From: Leucoraja erinacea
Lineage: Eukaryota
Assembly (NCBI RefSeq): GCF_028641065.1
Contig: NC_073413.1
Coordinates: 10,044,001 to 10,108,000, forward strand
Direction of reading: 5' to 3'
DNA length: 64,000 bases
Under the pieces are notes generated by a model. The model made no database searches. It was not told the DNA's origin and was given only the letters and a program-made list of their open reading frames with translations. The position numbers were made by a program, and so were the translations under genes. Positions 12,961 to 27,014 of the stretch are shown piece by piece (the first letter of the stretch is position 1; each line of letters starts with the position of its first letter).

Positions 12961-13585
12961 ATGCTAGTGTTTATTTCAAGAGGGCTAGAACACAAAAACA
13001 GGGATGTAATGCTGAGGTTCTATCAAGCGCTGGTCAGACCACATTTGGAGTACTGTAAGCAAATTTGGGTCCCCCCCCCATATCTGAGGAAGGATGTGCT
13101 GGCACTGGAGAGGGTCTGGTGAAGGTTCACAACAATGATCCCAGGAATGAGTGGGTTAACCCATGATGGGCGTTTGACGGCACTGGGCCTGTACTCGCTG
13201 GAGTTTAAAAGGATGAGGGAGGACCTCATTGAAACTTACTGAATAATGAAAGTCTTGGATAGAGTGGTTGTGGAGAGGATGCTTCTAGTGGGAGAGTCTA
13301 GGACCAGAGGTCACAGCCTCAATATTAAAGGACATTCCTTTAGATAGGAAATGAGGAGGGATTTCTTTAGTCAGAGGGTGGTGAATCTGTGGAATTCATT
13401 GCCACATGCTGTGGAGGCCAAGAATGATATTTTTAAGGCAGATATGGATAGATTCTTGCTTAGTACGGGTGTCCGGGGTTATGGGGAGAAGGTAGGTGAA
13501 TGGGTTTGAGAGGGAACGATAAATCAGCCATGATTGAATGGTGGGGCAAATGGCCTCATTCTGCTCCTATCACTTATGACCTTAT
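12961..13585 (+). mobile_element. CR1-clade LINE fragment
   Basis: [21 protein letters not shown] through the 3' UTR. Confidence 0.85.
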
Positions 13586-14058
13586 GAGCTTTTATGTTCT
13601 TGTTTACTAGCACTATCCAAACCTGTGACCACTTCGATATGACTACCCCTCAGCGTCCTGCACATGGATAGGTGACGTTTCAGGTTGGGACCCTGTAGTT
13701 TTTAGTTTAATTTTAGAGATACAGCACGGAAACAAGCCTGCGCCGAACCAAGTCTGCGCCGATCAACGATCCCCGCATATTAACACAACCCTACACACAC
13801 TAGGGGCAATATTACATTTATACCAAGGTGATAAACCTGTACTTCTTGGGAGCGAGGGAGGAAACTGAAGATCTAAGAGGAAACCCACGCAGGTCACGGG
13901 GAGAACGTGCAAACTCCGTACAGACAGCACCCGTAATCAGGATCGAACCCGGGTTTCTGGCGCTGTGAGGCAGCAACTCTACCGCTGCACAAACCGTGCC
14001 GCCCTTCTTCAGACTTGTTTCCAGAAAGTTCCAGAGAGATAGAATGTGAATCTTCCAT

Positions 14059-14150
14059 CTGAAGAAGGGTCTCGATCCGAAACGTCACGCATCACTTCTC
14101 TCCAGGGATGCTGCCTGTCCTGCTGAGTTACTCCAGCATTTTGTGTCTGT
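14059..14150 (+). mobile_element. Penelope terminal-repeat fragment with hammerhead-like core
   Basis: CTGAAGA-AGGGTCTCGATCC-GAAACGTC; inverted relative to the adjacent Penelope fragment. Confidence 0.65.
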
Positions 14151-14228
14151 CTTAGATAGAATGTGAGTTGTTGAATAAGGATACACCATTGGTTTGCACG
14201 CTCCACAAAATGGACGTTTTTTTTCTGG

Positions 14229-14890
14229 ATGTTTAGGAAGGAACTGAAAATGCTGGAAAAATCGAAAGAAGACAAAAAATGCTGGAGAAACTCAGCGGGT
14301 GAGCCTGCATCTATGGAGAAAAGGAGTAGGCGACGTTTCGGGTCGAGACCCTTCTTCAAACTGATGTCAGGGGGGGGGGGGGGGACAAAGGAAGATGCTG
14401 GAGACAGTAGGCTGTGGGAGAGCTGGGGAGGGGGAGGGGGAGGGGAAGGAGGAAGAAAGCAGGGACTACCTGAAATTAGAGAAGTCGATGTTCATACTGC
14501 TGGGGTGTAAACTACCCAAGCAAATTATGAGGTGTTGTTCCTCCAATTTATGGTGGGCCTCACTCTGGCAATGGAGGAGGCCCAGGACAGAAAGGACAGA
14601 TTCAGAATGGGAGGGGGGAGTTGAAGTGTCGGGCAACCAGAAGATCAGGTTGGTTAGAGCGGACTGAGCGGAGGTGTTGGGCGAAGCGATCGCCAAGCCT
14701 ACGCTTGGTCTCACCGATGTAGAGCAGCTGACACCTAGAGCAGTGGATGCAATAGATGAGGTTGGAGGAGGTGCAGGTGAACCTCTGCCTACCTGGAAAG
14801 ACTGCTTGGGTCCTTGAATGGAGTCGAGGGTGGAGGTAAAGCGACATTTCCTACGGTTGCAAGGGAAAGTACCAGGGGAGGGGGTGGTCT
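14229..14890 (-). mobile_element. Penelope-like element 3' fragment with GIY-YIG endonuclease remnant
   Basis: FTCTSSNLIYCIHCSRCQLLYIGETKRRLGDRFAQHLRSV..VARHFN, frameshifted; the downstream UTR ends in a GAAGAAGGGTCTCGACCCGAAACGTC motif. Confidence 0.88.
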
Positions 14891-17800
14891 GGGTGGGATA
14901 TTTTTTCTGGATGCTCAGCAAAAATGAATTGCGAATCACAGACCAAGCAAAGGAATCTCGCAGGGACACCTATTTTCTTCTTCAATTCACCTGGTAGACA
15001 AGTGCACATGAAGCCAATATGCGAAAATTCCACACTCCCAGTCGCTAATTTTCCAAGCATTAACCCAGAAGCATTGAAGAGAAAATTTTGAACCACAGTA
15101 TCTAGTTTGTGTTTATGAGAAGCTGTTAAAAGAAATTCACCCTTGCAGAAACACGAAGGGAAAGGCAATGGGAAGTAAAGAACCCGCAATGTTAAATTGA
15201 AGGTTGTGAGAAGATAGGCAAGGCATTGTTAACGGCAAGGCACTGTCCACTTCAGAGTGGAGAATGCAGTTTAGTTTAATTTACAGTGTTGTCACATGTA
15301 CTGAGGTGCAATGAAAAGCTTTTGTTGCATGCTAACCAGTCAGCGGAAAGACAATACATGTTTACAAATGCTGGTTTATATCGAAGATAGACAAAAAATG
15401 CTGGAATAACTCAGCTGGTCAGGCAGCATCTCTGGAGAAAAAGGATGGGTGACGTTTCGGGTCTGAAGAAGGGTTCCGACCCGAAACATCCGGCAATCGT
15501 CACACAATCTACACTCACTAAGGATAATTTGCACTTATACCAAGCCAATTAACCTACAGGCCTGTATGTCTTTGGAGTGTGGGAGGAAAGTGATCTATAA
15601 CGTGCTATAATGATACACCGAGGGAGAAGAGGATATTCTTGAGTTGAGGCACCTCTCCAGATCTTTATTGCAGTAGAGTGCACAATTTGTGACGATATTG
15701 GGACCAACGGTGGAATGCTGGAGGAGTGGGGTGAAGACGGGAGATGGTGGTATTCCTACGGCAAACAGTGTTGCAGCTGGTAAAGCTGTTGCCTCACAGC
15801 GCAAGGCACACAGGTTCAATCCTGACCTCAGGGGCTGTCTGTACGGAGTTTGCACGTTCTCTTTGTGACCGTGCTGGTTCTCTCCGGGTGGTTCCCGTTT
15901 TATCCCGCACCCCAAAGACCTGCGGGTTTGTAGGTCAATTGGCCCTCGGCAAATTGCCCCAAATGTGTAGGGAGTGGACGAAAAAAGTGGGATAACATAG
16001 AACTAGCGTGAACAGGTGATCGATGGCCGGCATGGACTCGGTGGGCCGAAGGACTTGTTAAACTTGAGCTAAAGTAAATGAAACATCATAGTTGACAATT
16101 GGGGAAGATTCTCCCAAGCTGTTTCCACCTATTAAGGCTCAACAGATTTCTATATAACTCTATAAAGTATATATTCTGTTTTCTGTTGCGATTACAAGTA
16201 AAGCAAATGAAATGTGTAGAAAGGAACTGCAGATGCTGGTTTACACCGAAGATAGACACAAAATGCTGGAGTAACTCAGCGGAATAGAAGGATGTCGACC
16301 CGAAACATCACCCATTCCTTCTATCCAGAGATGCTGCCTATCCTGCTGAGTTACTCCAGCCTTTTGTTTATATCTTCATAGCTAAAGCAAATATTGTTTG
16401 TTCTGAATAAACTAGAGAATCTCCATTCATTCATCAACACAAATTGTTCAAATATAGCTGGCTAATGCACCTGGCCTTCTGACACCCACACTTGGTGCCA
16501 ATTTTATGTACAAATTTAACCCAGTTCATACTGTACAGGAGAGGGATGTTTAGATAGACACTAAGTGCTGGAGTAACTCAGCGGGCCAGGCAGCATCTCT
16601 GGAGGAAAAGGGTGATGTTTCAGGTTGGGACCCTTCTTCAGACTGGGATGTTTAGTTTAATTTAGTTTAGCTTAGAGATAAAGTGTGGAAACAGGCCCTT
16701 CGGCCCACCGGGTCCATGCCGACCAGCGATCATTGGTAAGCTAGTTCTATCCTACACACTAGGAACAATTTACAGAAGCCAATCAACCTACAAACCTGCA
16801 CATCTTTGGAATGTGGGAGGAAATCAGAGCACCTGGAGAAATCCCAAGGGGTAAACGTACAAACTCCATACAGACGTCACCCGTAGTCAGGATCGAACCC
16901 GGGTCTCTGGCGCTGCAAAGCAACATCTCTACCGCTGCGCCACCATGGCGCCCGGATGTTGTTACTCTGCAAAGTTAGGAGGCTGAGGGGTGATTTTATA
17001 GAGGAGTTGAAAATGATCAGGGACATAGACAGGCTGACTGCACACGATCTTTTTCCCCCCAGAGTTTGGTAATCAAGAACGGGAGGGCATAGGTTTAAGG
17101 ATTTAATAGGAATCTGATCTGAGGGGTAAGCTTTTCACACAAAAAGTGCTGGGTAGATGGAACGACAAAGCATTTGAGGCAGGCACAATAACATTGTACA
17201 TGTGGACACGTACAAGATTCAGAGGGATATGAATCAAATGTCTGCAAATGGAACTGGCATAGATGGGGCATCTTGGTTGGCATAGACGAGATGGGCCGAA
17301 GGGCCTGATGCCGTGCTGTAAGACTTTGTGGCTCTTTTCTAAAGTGACGAATCTTGTGGTTGCTGCAAAGCGCGCTCACATCAAACGATAAAGGCAAAAA
17401 AACTTTGTTGATGGCCATGTTTTCCGCTTGTAATCATTTTTCTTTAATCTCCCAAACAGCGTGGAAATGTGTTAAGTATTCCAAACTAATCCATCAAACA
17501 ACAGGACATCACAGAGCCTTTAAACCATCCAAATTTGCTTAACAAATGTCGCTTAGATCATGTATCTGTGTTTGGTATGGCTAGGAAATCAGATAGACAA
17601 TGTCTTTCATAAAGCATTATAGTATCATGTAGGACACATGATGTTCATAGTCCACCCTCGTTGTTACAGACCTTTTTATAATGGATTTTGGTTATAGCGG
17701 ACAAACCGACGCTTCTGTTTGTATCAGGAACAATAGACCGTTAATTGTTTAAGAAGGAACTGCTGATGCTGGAAAATCGAAGGTAGACAAAAATGCTGGA

Positions 17801-20800
17801 AAACTCAGCGGGTGCAGCAGCATCTATGGAGCAAAGGAAATAGGCAACATTTCGAGCCAAAACCGTTCTTCCTCTACCCAATATATCATGAGCAAGAGAT
17901 TCATTTTGACATCCCAATCAAACAATGGCAACTCCATCAGAGCAACACTCCTTCACGACTACACTTGTTTAGTTTAGAGATACAGCGTGGAAACAGGCCC
18001 TTTCGGCCCACCGAATCCATGCCGACCAGCGATCGCCTATACACTAGTTCTATCCTACACACGAGTGACAATTTACAGAAGCCAATTAACCTACAAACCT
18101 GAAGGCAGACATAAAAAGCTGGAGTAACTCAGCGGGTCAGGCAGCATCTCTGGAGAAAAGGAACTGGGTCGAGTCCCTTCTTCAGACTGCCTTTTCCCTT
18201 CTATCCAGAGATGCTGCCTGTCCCGCTGAGTTACTCCAACATTTTGTGGTTGTCTTTGGCTTAAACCAGCATCTGCAGTTCATTCCGACACATTTAACCC
18301 TCAGACCTGCACGTCTTTGGAATGCAGGAGGAAGCCGGAGCACCCGGAGAAATCCCACGCGGTCACAGGGAGAGCGTGCAAATTTCGTACAGACAGTACC
18401 CATAGTCAGAATTTGAACCTGGGTCTCTAGTGCGGTAAGACCAGAGAATCAGTCAGGACTCTAGACTGAGGCATGAACCCACAACACTCTGATTCAAGCA
18501 CGTGCGACCCACCCGCAGAAACAAGGAACTGCAGATGCTGGTTTACAAACAAAAACGACACGGATTGTCGGAGTAGCTCGGCGGGTCAGGCAGCATCTCT
18601 GGAGATCACAGCTAGGTGGCGTTTCATAGAAAACATAGAAATTAGGTGCAGGAGTTTCAAGTCGGGACCCTTCTTCAGCAGAAAATTAAAAAGTTCAAAA
18701 ATGTTTTAGAAGTTGGCTGTACATGTTACACACTGGGTGAACATTATTACCTTAATCTAGAGCTGGATTCATGTCGTTTTCATTTGCATTCCATTAAATG
18801 ACTTTATACTTAATAAACTATATTGAAGATGTTGGTGGGAGTTCACCATTAAGTAAAATAATGATAACAATTTTAAAAAAACTCAATGGCAAATTGAATT
18901 AAGCAGCTTATGGCAATTTATTTGCTTGTTTTTGTTATAACCATGTCTCTTTAATGGATAGACACAAAATGCTGGAGTAACTCAGTGGGATAGGCAGCTT
19001 CTCTGGAGAGAAGGAATGGGTGACGTTTCAGGTCGAGACCCTTCTTCAGACATACATGGCTCTTTAATGGATGTTATTCTTGCACAGGGGCTGACTATTC
19101 CCCAGAGTCAAGTCAGGCGGTGCAGATTGCCTGAATTTTATGTACACTAGCTGCTGCCACCATGATGCAGTGTTGAAGCAAACAAAAGAGAAATATGTAC
19201 CTCTGGGAAAAGCAGTGGGTGTCACTGAGTAGCAATAATAGACTCTGCTGGAACTATACATGGATCGCAGGACTCATTCAAATGTGCAAATTATTTACAA
19301 GTTTCTGCAGCTAACCCAAGCCGGCTCTTTATTTATCCACCAGGCTGGAGCCAAGGGTGCTGTTTGATTCTTATTACCTGTGTGTGTGTGTGGGGGATAT
19401 AACAAGCAGTATTTGTTCAACAGTGTCTCGCTGATGAGAGTCGACTTCTTCAAGTCATAGCGTCGAACAGCAGGGAAACAGGCCTTTCGGCCCAACTCAT
19501 TCACGCCAGCCAAGATGCCCCGTTTAAGCTTAGCTTAGTTTAGTTTAGTCTTTAATCTTTAGAGATACAGCGCAGAATCTGAGGCTAAGAAGGGTCTCGA
19601 CCCGAAACGTCACCTATTCCTTTGCTCCAGAGATGTACCAGCTGCCTGAATCGCTGAGTTACTGCAGTATTTTGCCTCCATCTTTGTGGTAAACCAGCAT
19701 TTGCAGTTCCTGCCTACAGATTTTCAGTAAGGTCGCTCTCACGGTTTTTTAAACGCTTGATAGCATTAACACAACCTGCTCAATCTTTCCTTCGAGATTA
19801 ACCAACGTTTCCCAGTTAGCAACCCCATGAACTTTCTCTGCACCTTTTCCAAGGATTCTTAGGTTAAAAAAAAGGTAAAAACTGTTAACCTCAATCACTC
19901 CTTGAGGTAGTGAGTTCCCTATTCTCACACCCTTGGACAACAGGAATACGTAGATGAAGACTCAATATAGATTTTCTCATTCTTTTGCTGTGAAAAATCA
20001 ATGGTTTATTAAGTGATTAGAATTGCTTGGAGGATGAAAATCTTTAAACTCCACCACAGAAGATTTTTCTTTCCTGTTTAATATTTTAGGTTTTAAAATT
20101 CCCTTGTTGTTCAGAGTTCTATTTTTAACCTTTCCTTTCTGACGGTATCTGACAGCTCTCTGACTCCTCAGCGGTTGGGAGCGCTCCACTTCCAAAGATG
20201 AAAGACGCAAGTTAAAAGTACCACGGGATACGAGGCAGAGTTGCATTGGCAGAAAGCAAAACTTCCAATTCTTCATACGTTCATAAGTGATAGGAGCAAA
20301 ATAGGCAATTCGGCCCATCACGTCTACTCTGCCATTCAATCATGGCTGATCTATCTCTCCCCCCTAACCCCATTTTCCTGCCTTCTCCCCAAAACCCCTG
20401 ACACCCGTACTAACCAAGAATGTGTCAATCTCCGCCTTAAAAATATCCATTGACTTGGCCTCCACAGCCTTCTGCAGCAAAGTTCCACAGACTCACCACC
20501 CTCTGAATAGAGAAATTCCTCCTCATCTTCTTTCTAAATGTATGTCCTTTTATTTGCAGGCTGTGCCCACTGGTCCTAGACTCTCCCACCAGTGAAAACT
20601 TCCTTTACACTATCCAGCCTTTCACTGTTTGGGAAGTTTCAGTGAGCCCCCCTCCCCCCACCATACCAAAGTATCTTTCACAATCTCTGGATGTCCCAAA
20701 GCTCTTTAAAGTCAACAAGGAAGCATTAAGATGCTGGCACTGTGCAGTAGATGCTATCCAACATGCATAGTGATAATATCCTAGTCAATAATGGAATATT

Positions 20801-21441
20801 TTATGTATTTTATTAAATAAAGATTAATTTGACATTTGGGTTTTGGGTTCTGAGTAAATGAAAGCTTTGAAATTTGGGTTCTGTAGAAGGGCTGAGTAAT
20901 CAGGAAATTGGAGGCCAGCATTCAAACTGCATCCAAGCTGCTTCCTGTTGTGCCCAAGCAAACGATATTGACAATGGTGACAGGGGATGTACTTCTTGAG
21001 AAGGTTCTGGCTTCTGTAAACACAAGCCTTAAGAGAGGATAAGTTTTCTGAAACGTTGGACGTTTCTGAATACAGAAATTTCTGTGGGCAACTGATAAGG
21101 ATCCTTACAATGTTTAAGAAGGTTCTGCTGATGATAGACCTTTAACTAACTTCCTGTTATTTGGGGGTTTCGTAACTAAAATTTGTGATCGATGTATCCA
21201 TAGCATGAGAAGTGTTGTATCAGTGACAAGCATGCTTTGAATGGGCAGAGCTGTGAATGATATGTTAGACGTCATTACTGCAACTCTGTATAAAACATGT
21301 GACTATGTTTCCGAAAATACTATAAAAGATGCTGTATGTCTTCATTCATTAGAGTGGTGGCCTAGGAGGAGTTAAGTATCTGCTGTATACTTGACTTTGT
21401 ATCTCCTAGCACTCTCGCTGGCTAAATGATCAGTAAAGCTT

Positions 21442-21998
21442 ATGTTGGTTCCTCCGAGGATCCTCCAGTGCTTCTACGCAGCGGCGGTGGAAAGCATCTT
21501 GTCCGGGAACATTACCATCTGGTTTGGGAATTGCTCTGCCCAGGACAAGAAGGCTCTGCAGAGAGTAGTGCGTTCGGCCGAACGCACTATGGGAACTTCA
21601 CTCATCCCCCTGCAGGAACTATACAACAGGAGGTGCAACTCCAGAGCAAACAAAATCATGAGAGACCCCTTCCACCCCTGCAACGGACTGTTCCAGCTGC
21701 TACAGTCAGGCAAACGCCTCCGTTGCAATGCGGTGAGAACGGAGAGGTTGAGAAGGAGTTTCTTCCCAGAGGCAATTCGGACTGTAAACGCCTATCTCAC
21801 CAGGGACTAACTCTACAGAACGTTTTTCCTTCCATTATTTATTATGTAAAAGAATATGTGTGTTATGATTGTGTTTATAATTTGTTTGGTTGTTTTGTTG
21901 TTTGTCTTTTGCACAAAAGTCCGCGAGCATTGCCACTTTCATTTCACTGCACATCTCGTATGTGTATGTGACAAATAAACTTGACTTGACTTGACTTG
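21442..21998 (+). mobile_element. Rex1/Babar-type LINE 3' fragment
   Basis: FYAAAVESILSGNITIWFGN..KALQRVVRSAER..DPFHP..LFQLLQSGKR..RTERLRRSFFPEAIR; (CTTGA)n tail; a short tail copy lies near 33773-33870. Confidence 0.88.
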
Positions 21999-22796
21999 GT
22001 TTTACCTAACTTATTGTTAGTTGTCTGTTTTAAGAAAATGAACTTTCACAATCGTGAGCCCTCCACCATCAAAGGGGTTTACAAAAAGATTATTATGGTT
22101 TAGTTTATTATTGTCACGTGTACCAAAGTACAGTGGAAAGCTTTTTCTTGCATGCTATCTCGTCAACGAAAAGACTATGCATGAGTACAATAGAGAACTT
22201 AGATCATACAAATATCCAAGATAGAGGATAAGGGGAATAACGTTTAGTGCAAGATAAGTCCAGTTAACTCTAATAAAAGATAGTCTGAGGGGCTCCATTG
22301 AGGTAGATGGGGGGTCAAGACCGCTCTCCAGTTGGAAATAAGGTTCAGTTGCCTGATAACAGCTGGGAAGAAACTGTCCCTGAATCTGGAGGTAGGTTTC
22401 CAGTCAGTGAAAAGACTATAAATGATTGCAATCAAGCCGTCCGCAGTGAACAGATACAGGGTAAAGGGGGCAGTACAGTGGAAAGCTTTTTCTTGCATGC
22501 TATCTAATCACCAAGGGAGACAGAGTCACAAGCAATGCAGAAGATCAAGTGAGGGAGAAGATCCAGAGATAAATATGGGAATGTAGGAAAGATAATGCGT
22601 AGCAGGAAGAGAGAGAGAGAGAGAGAAAGAGATTTTTGGGAAAGAGAATCCCCCAAGAATACAAATACGAATTTCATTGTTCTGTCTGAGACATATGACA
22701 ATATAACACTCTTGACTCAAGAGGAATAAGAGGATTGTGGAGGTATGTGGAAGAGGGAAAAGGTCTTGGGAAGAGGGAATGGATGGCAAATTGGGG

Positions 22797-23388
22797 ATGG
22801 CCTCTACAGCCATCTGTGGCAATGAATTCCACAGATTCACCACCCTCTGACTAATAATAATAATAATAATAATAATAATCTTATTTATATAGCACATTTT
22901 TAGTCAACTTGCATTGACCCCAAAGTGCTTCACATAATTACATTACATTTACACACAGGCAAAGGTGGGTGAAGTGTCTTGCCCCAAGGACACAACGACA
23001 GTATGCACTCTAAGCGGGATTCGAACCGGCTACCTTCCGGTCGCCAGCCGAACACTTAGCCCATTGTACCATCTGTCGTCCTAAAGACATTCCACCTCAT
23101 CTCCTTTCTAAAGGAACGCCCTATTATTCTGAGGCTGTGCCCTCTGGTTCTAGACTCTCCCACTAGTGGAAACATCCTCTCCACATCCACTCTATCCAGG
23201 CCCTTCACGATTTGGTAAGTTTCAATGAGCCCCCCTTTCCCCTCATCCTTCTAAACTCCGGAAAGTACAGGCCCAGTGTTGTCAAATAGTCATCATACGT
23301 TAACCCAATCACCCCTGGGATTATTCTCGTAATCCTCCTCCTGAACCCTCTCCAACGCCAGCACATCCTTCCTCAGATTCGGGGCCCA
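22797..23388 (-). mobile_element. CR1-clade LINE fragment
   Basis: [13 protein letters not shown]; split by the CORE-SINE. Confidence 0.8.
22854..23080 (-). mobile_element. tRNA-derived CORE-SINE with L2-type tail, nested in a CR1
   Basis: On the - strand: B box GGTTCGAATCC, CORE-like TGTGTCCTTGGGGCAAGACACTT, L2-like tail and (ATT)n. Confidence 0.75.
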
Positions 23389-23845
23389 TGCCATTCCACT
23401 CTTCTTTCCCCAAGACACCACAACTTCTTGCCTCAATCCTCTCTTCCTCTTGAAACTTGCATGTTTTTAATCACATCCCTTTCCTCTGTTTTTCTCACCC
23501 GGCAGCTTCTTGCACCCCTATTATTTCAAGATGCGGTGTAGGCCTCAGGCGTTTTACCGATGCTGTTCAACACATAACAGCAATGGCACAGAACTGACGG
23601 TGGATAACATTGTTACAGGCACATCAGCGAGAGAGAGAGAACAAGAAAAAAAAGAGACAGAAAACCAGCAAATCCCCTGGGTTCTGAGGGAAAGTCAACG
23701 CTAATGAAAAATACATTATTTATCAGTCAGAATACTAATCCGTGAGTAGGGTATTTTGTGTACAGTCTTTATATGATAACTAACACGGTGACATTGCTAG
23801 ATTATGTTTATTAACCAGACTTTGAACATCGAACATGCACTTTGG

Positions 23846-24135
23846 GCAGCACAGAGACACAGCGGTAGAGCTGTTGCCTTAGAGCGCTAGAGACCCAGTT
23901 TTGACCCTCTCTACCATTGCTGTCTGAATGGAGTTTGTTTCTGTGACAGTGTCAGTTTTCTTCCAGGTGCTGCAGTTTCCTCCCACATTCCAAAGACGTC
24001 CAGGTTCGTAGGCAAATTGGCTTTGGTAAAAATTATAAATTGTCCCTAGTGTGTGTAGGATAGTGCTGGTGTACGGGGATCGCTGCTCGACGCAGACCTG
24101 GTGGGCCAAAGGGCCTGTTTCCTCCCTGTATCTCG
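23846..24135 (+). mobile_element. tRNA-derived V-SINE (HE1-like)
   Basis: A-box GCGGTAGAG, V-domain GGAGTTTG..TTTCCTCCCACA.TCCAAAGAC, LINE-like tail GGGCCTGTTTCC..TGTATCTC. Confidence 0.75.
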
Positions 24136-24152
24136 AAACAAAAACACACTGA

Positions 24153-24682
24153 ACTGGAGTATTGCATACAGTTTTGGTCTCATAATCTGAGGAAAGACTT
24201 TCTTGCCATAGAGGGAGTGCAGAGAAGGTTCACCAGACTGATTCCTGGGATGGCAGGACTTTCACATGAAGAAAGACTGGATAGACTCGGCTTGTACTCG
24301 CTAGTATTTAGAACATTGAGGGGTATCTTATAGAAACTTACAAAATTCTTAAGGGGTTGGACAGGCTAGATGCAAGAAGATTGTTTAAGTCACGGTTTAA
24401 GGATAAGGGGGAAGTCTTTTCGGACCGAGATGAGAACAAAAATTTTCACACAGAGAGTGGTGAATCTGTGGAATTCTCTGCCACAGAAAGTAGTTGTGGC
24501 CAATTAATTGGCTATATTTAAGAGGGAGTTAGATGTGGCCCTTGTGGCTAGAGTGATCAGGAGGTATGGAGAGAAGGCATGTACAGGATACTGAGTTGGA
24601 TGATCAGCCATGATCATATTGAATGGTGGTGCAGGCTTGAAGGGCCGAATGGCCTACTCCTGCACCTATTTTCTATGTTTCT
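24153..24682 (+). mobile_element. CR1-clade LINE 3' fragment
   Basis: Nucleotide similarity to the other CR1 copies, ending TTTTCTATGTTTCTA. Confidence 0.85.
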
Positions 24683-27014
24683 AAACAAAGAACAGTACAG
24701 CACAAGAACGGGCCCTTCGGCCCACAATGTCTGTGTTCAACATGATGCCAAGCCCATCACTTATCTACAGTACATGTACATAATCCTTATCCCTCCATTC
24801 CCGGCATATCAATATGCCTATCCAAAAGTCTTTTAAATCCCACTAGTGTGTGAAATTCAATGGTTGAAATGCATCAACTGGTTCCCCAGATGAACAATGT
24901 TACAGCTTCCTAGGGACAGATGCAGAAACAAAGTCCGTGAACAATCAGGAGTTTAGAATTCCATTTCATGCAGTGGGTACAAATGTATTGGCCTATTCAA
25001 CACAGGCTAATGAATGAATGGATAGATGAACGGATGAAAAGATAGATACCCAAACGGTAGTCGGGGGAAAGCGAAACGAGAGATATAGACAGTGATGTAC
25101 AGAGATATAGACAGTGATGTAGCGAGATATAGAACAAATGAATGAAAGATATCCAAAATAGTAATGATGATTAGAGCTGGATTTACCACTAGGCTTCATA
25201 GGCTGAAGTCTAGGGCCTCGAAATCTAGGGGGCCTCCGGCCAAGGCAGGACACCTGCTGTTCAACTCTGAGCAGGCCCCCCCTCTCTCTCTCTCTCTCTC
25301 TGTCTCTGCCCGCCATCCGTATCTGTATCCGTGTCCAGGCCGTCGGGTCTCTGCTCGCCACTCGCTTCTCATCCGCCGGCACATGCACACTGCTACGGCC
25401 AGCACATCCTCCCCCTGCACATGCGCACAACCACGGCCAGCACATCATCGGCCGCCCTGCACATGCGCACTCCCACGGCAACTGGTCGCCGATGGGCACT
25501 TTCTCCCTCGCTTTGAATTGTGGGAGATCTGCCCGCCATTACTGTCTGGTCGCTGCCTCTCCGCAACCGCTAAAAACCAACGCAGAATCACTCCCTGGAG
25601 CTGGAGTAACTCCCTGGAGTAACTCTTGCTTCTGGTTTCCAGGTGTTCCGAAAATATTCTAAATGGAATTTAAACTGGAGGTGGTGGAGGGTCCATCACC
25701 AAACTCCAAACTCTGAACAATAACAGCCTATTGCATTTTATCTGTTTATTTATTGTGTATATATATGGTGTAGGTATTTTAACACACTGAACTTTTATCT
25801 CCTGTTCTGTATTATGTTTACATATTCTGTTGTGCTGCAGCAAGCAAGAATTTAATTGTCCTATCTGGGACACATGGCAATAAAACTCTCTTGACTCTTG
25901 ACTTGGACTTAAGCAAAAAAGAGTTCTTGGGGAAAATTTTAGTTGCGTCTGGTTGGGTAACTATGGTAGGGTGAAGACTATTCCATGCTTTAATTGTGCA
26001 GGGGAACTCCATGGAGCAGCTAGCAACTGGATAGAAGAAATTGGATGATGTTTCAGGTAGAGACCCTTCTTTAGACTCCCTCTGGTTTTAATGGTTTTAG
26101 TTTAATTTAAAGATACAGCGTGGAAACAGGCTTCGGCCCACCAAGTCCACGCCGACCACCGATCACCCGTACACTAGTTCTATCCCACACATTAGCGACA
26201 TAATTCTAGAGTCAAGAGTGTTTTATTCTCACGTCCCTGTTAGAACAATGAAGTCCATGTTAGTTCAAGAGTGTGCTGGAGTAACTCAGCGGGTCAGGCA
26301 GCATTTCTGGAGAACATGGATAGGTGAGTTTTCGGGTCGGGATCCTTCTTCCGGCTCGTCTTCAAAAGAATCCCGACCCTAAACGACACCGATCCATGTT
26401 CTCCAGAGATTCTAGAATTCAATGGATGTAGGTACGGTGTTGCCTTGCGCGCCAGAGACCCGGGTTCGATCCCGACTACGGGTGCTGTCTGTATGGAGAT
26501 TGTACGTTCTCCCCGCGACCTGTGTGAGTTTTCTCCGAGCACTCTGGTTTCCTCACACACTCCAAAGACGAGCAGGTTTGCAGGCTAATTAGCTTGGTAA
26601 AATTCCAAATTGTCCTTAGTTTGTGTAGGATAGTGTTAGTGCGCGGGGATCGCAGGTCGGCACAGACTCGGTGGGCCGAAGGACCTGTTTCTGCGCTGTA
26701 TGTCTAAACTAAACTGAAGATGCTGCCTGACCCGCTGAGATGCTCCAGCACTTAATGTCATTTTTCTTGAACTTGGTATCATGCCAGAGAATCACTTCTC
26801 TTGGTGGGATGGAATGGGATGTGAACTGCATTTTGGTCGCTGAGACAAAGTTGCCAACAGCTGATCCAGAGTTGGCACCATAAACTGTTCCAGCTGCAGT
26901 ATTGGATAGGGGCAAGCGTTTGGCATCCATCATCCTTGTCTGAAACAGATGTTGGGCATTTTCCTTGGATCAGAAGTTCTGTGCCCTCACGGTTACATAT
27001 TTGGACAGAACACG

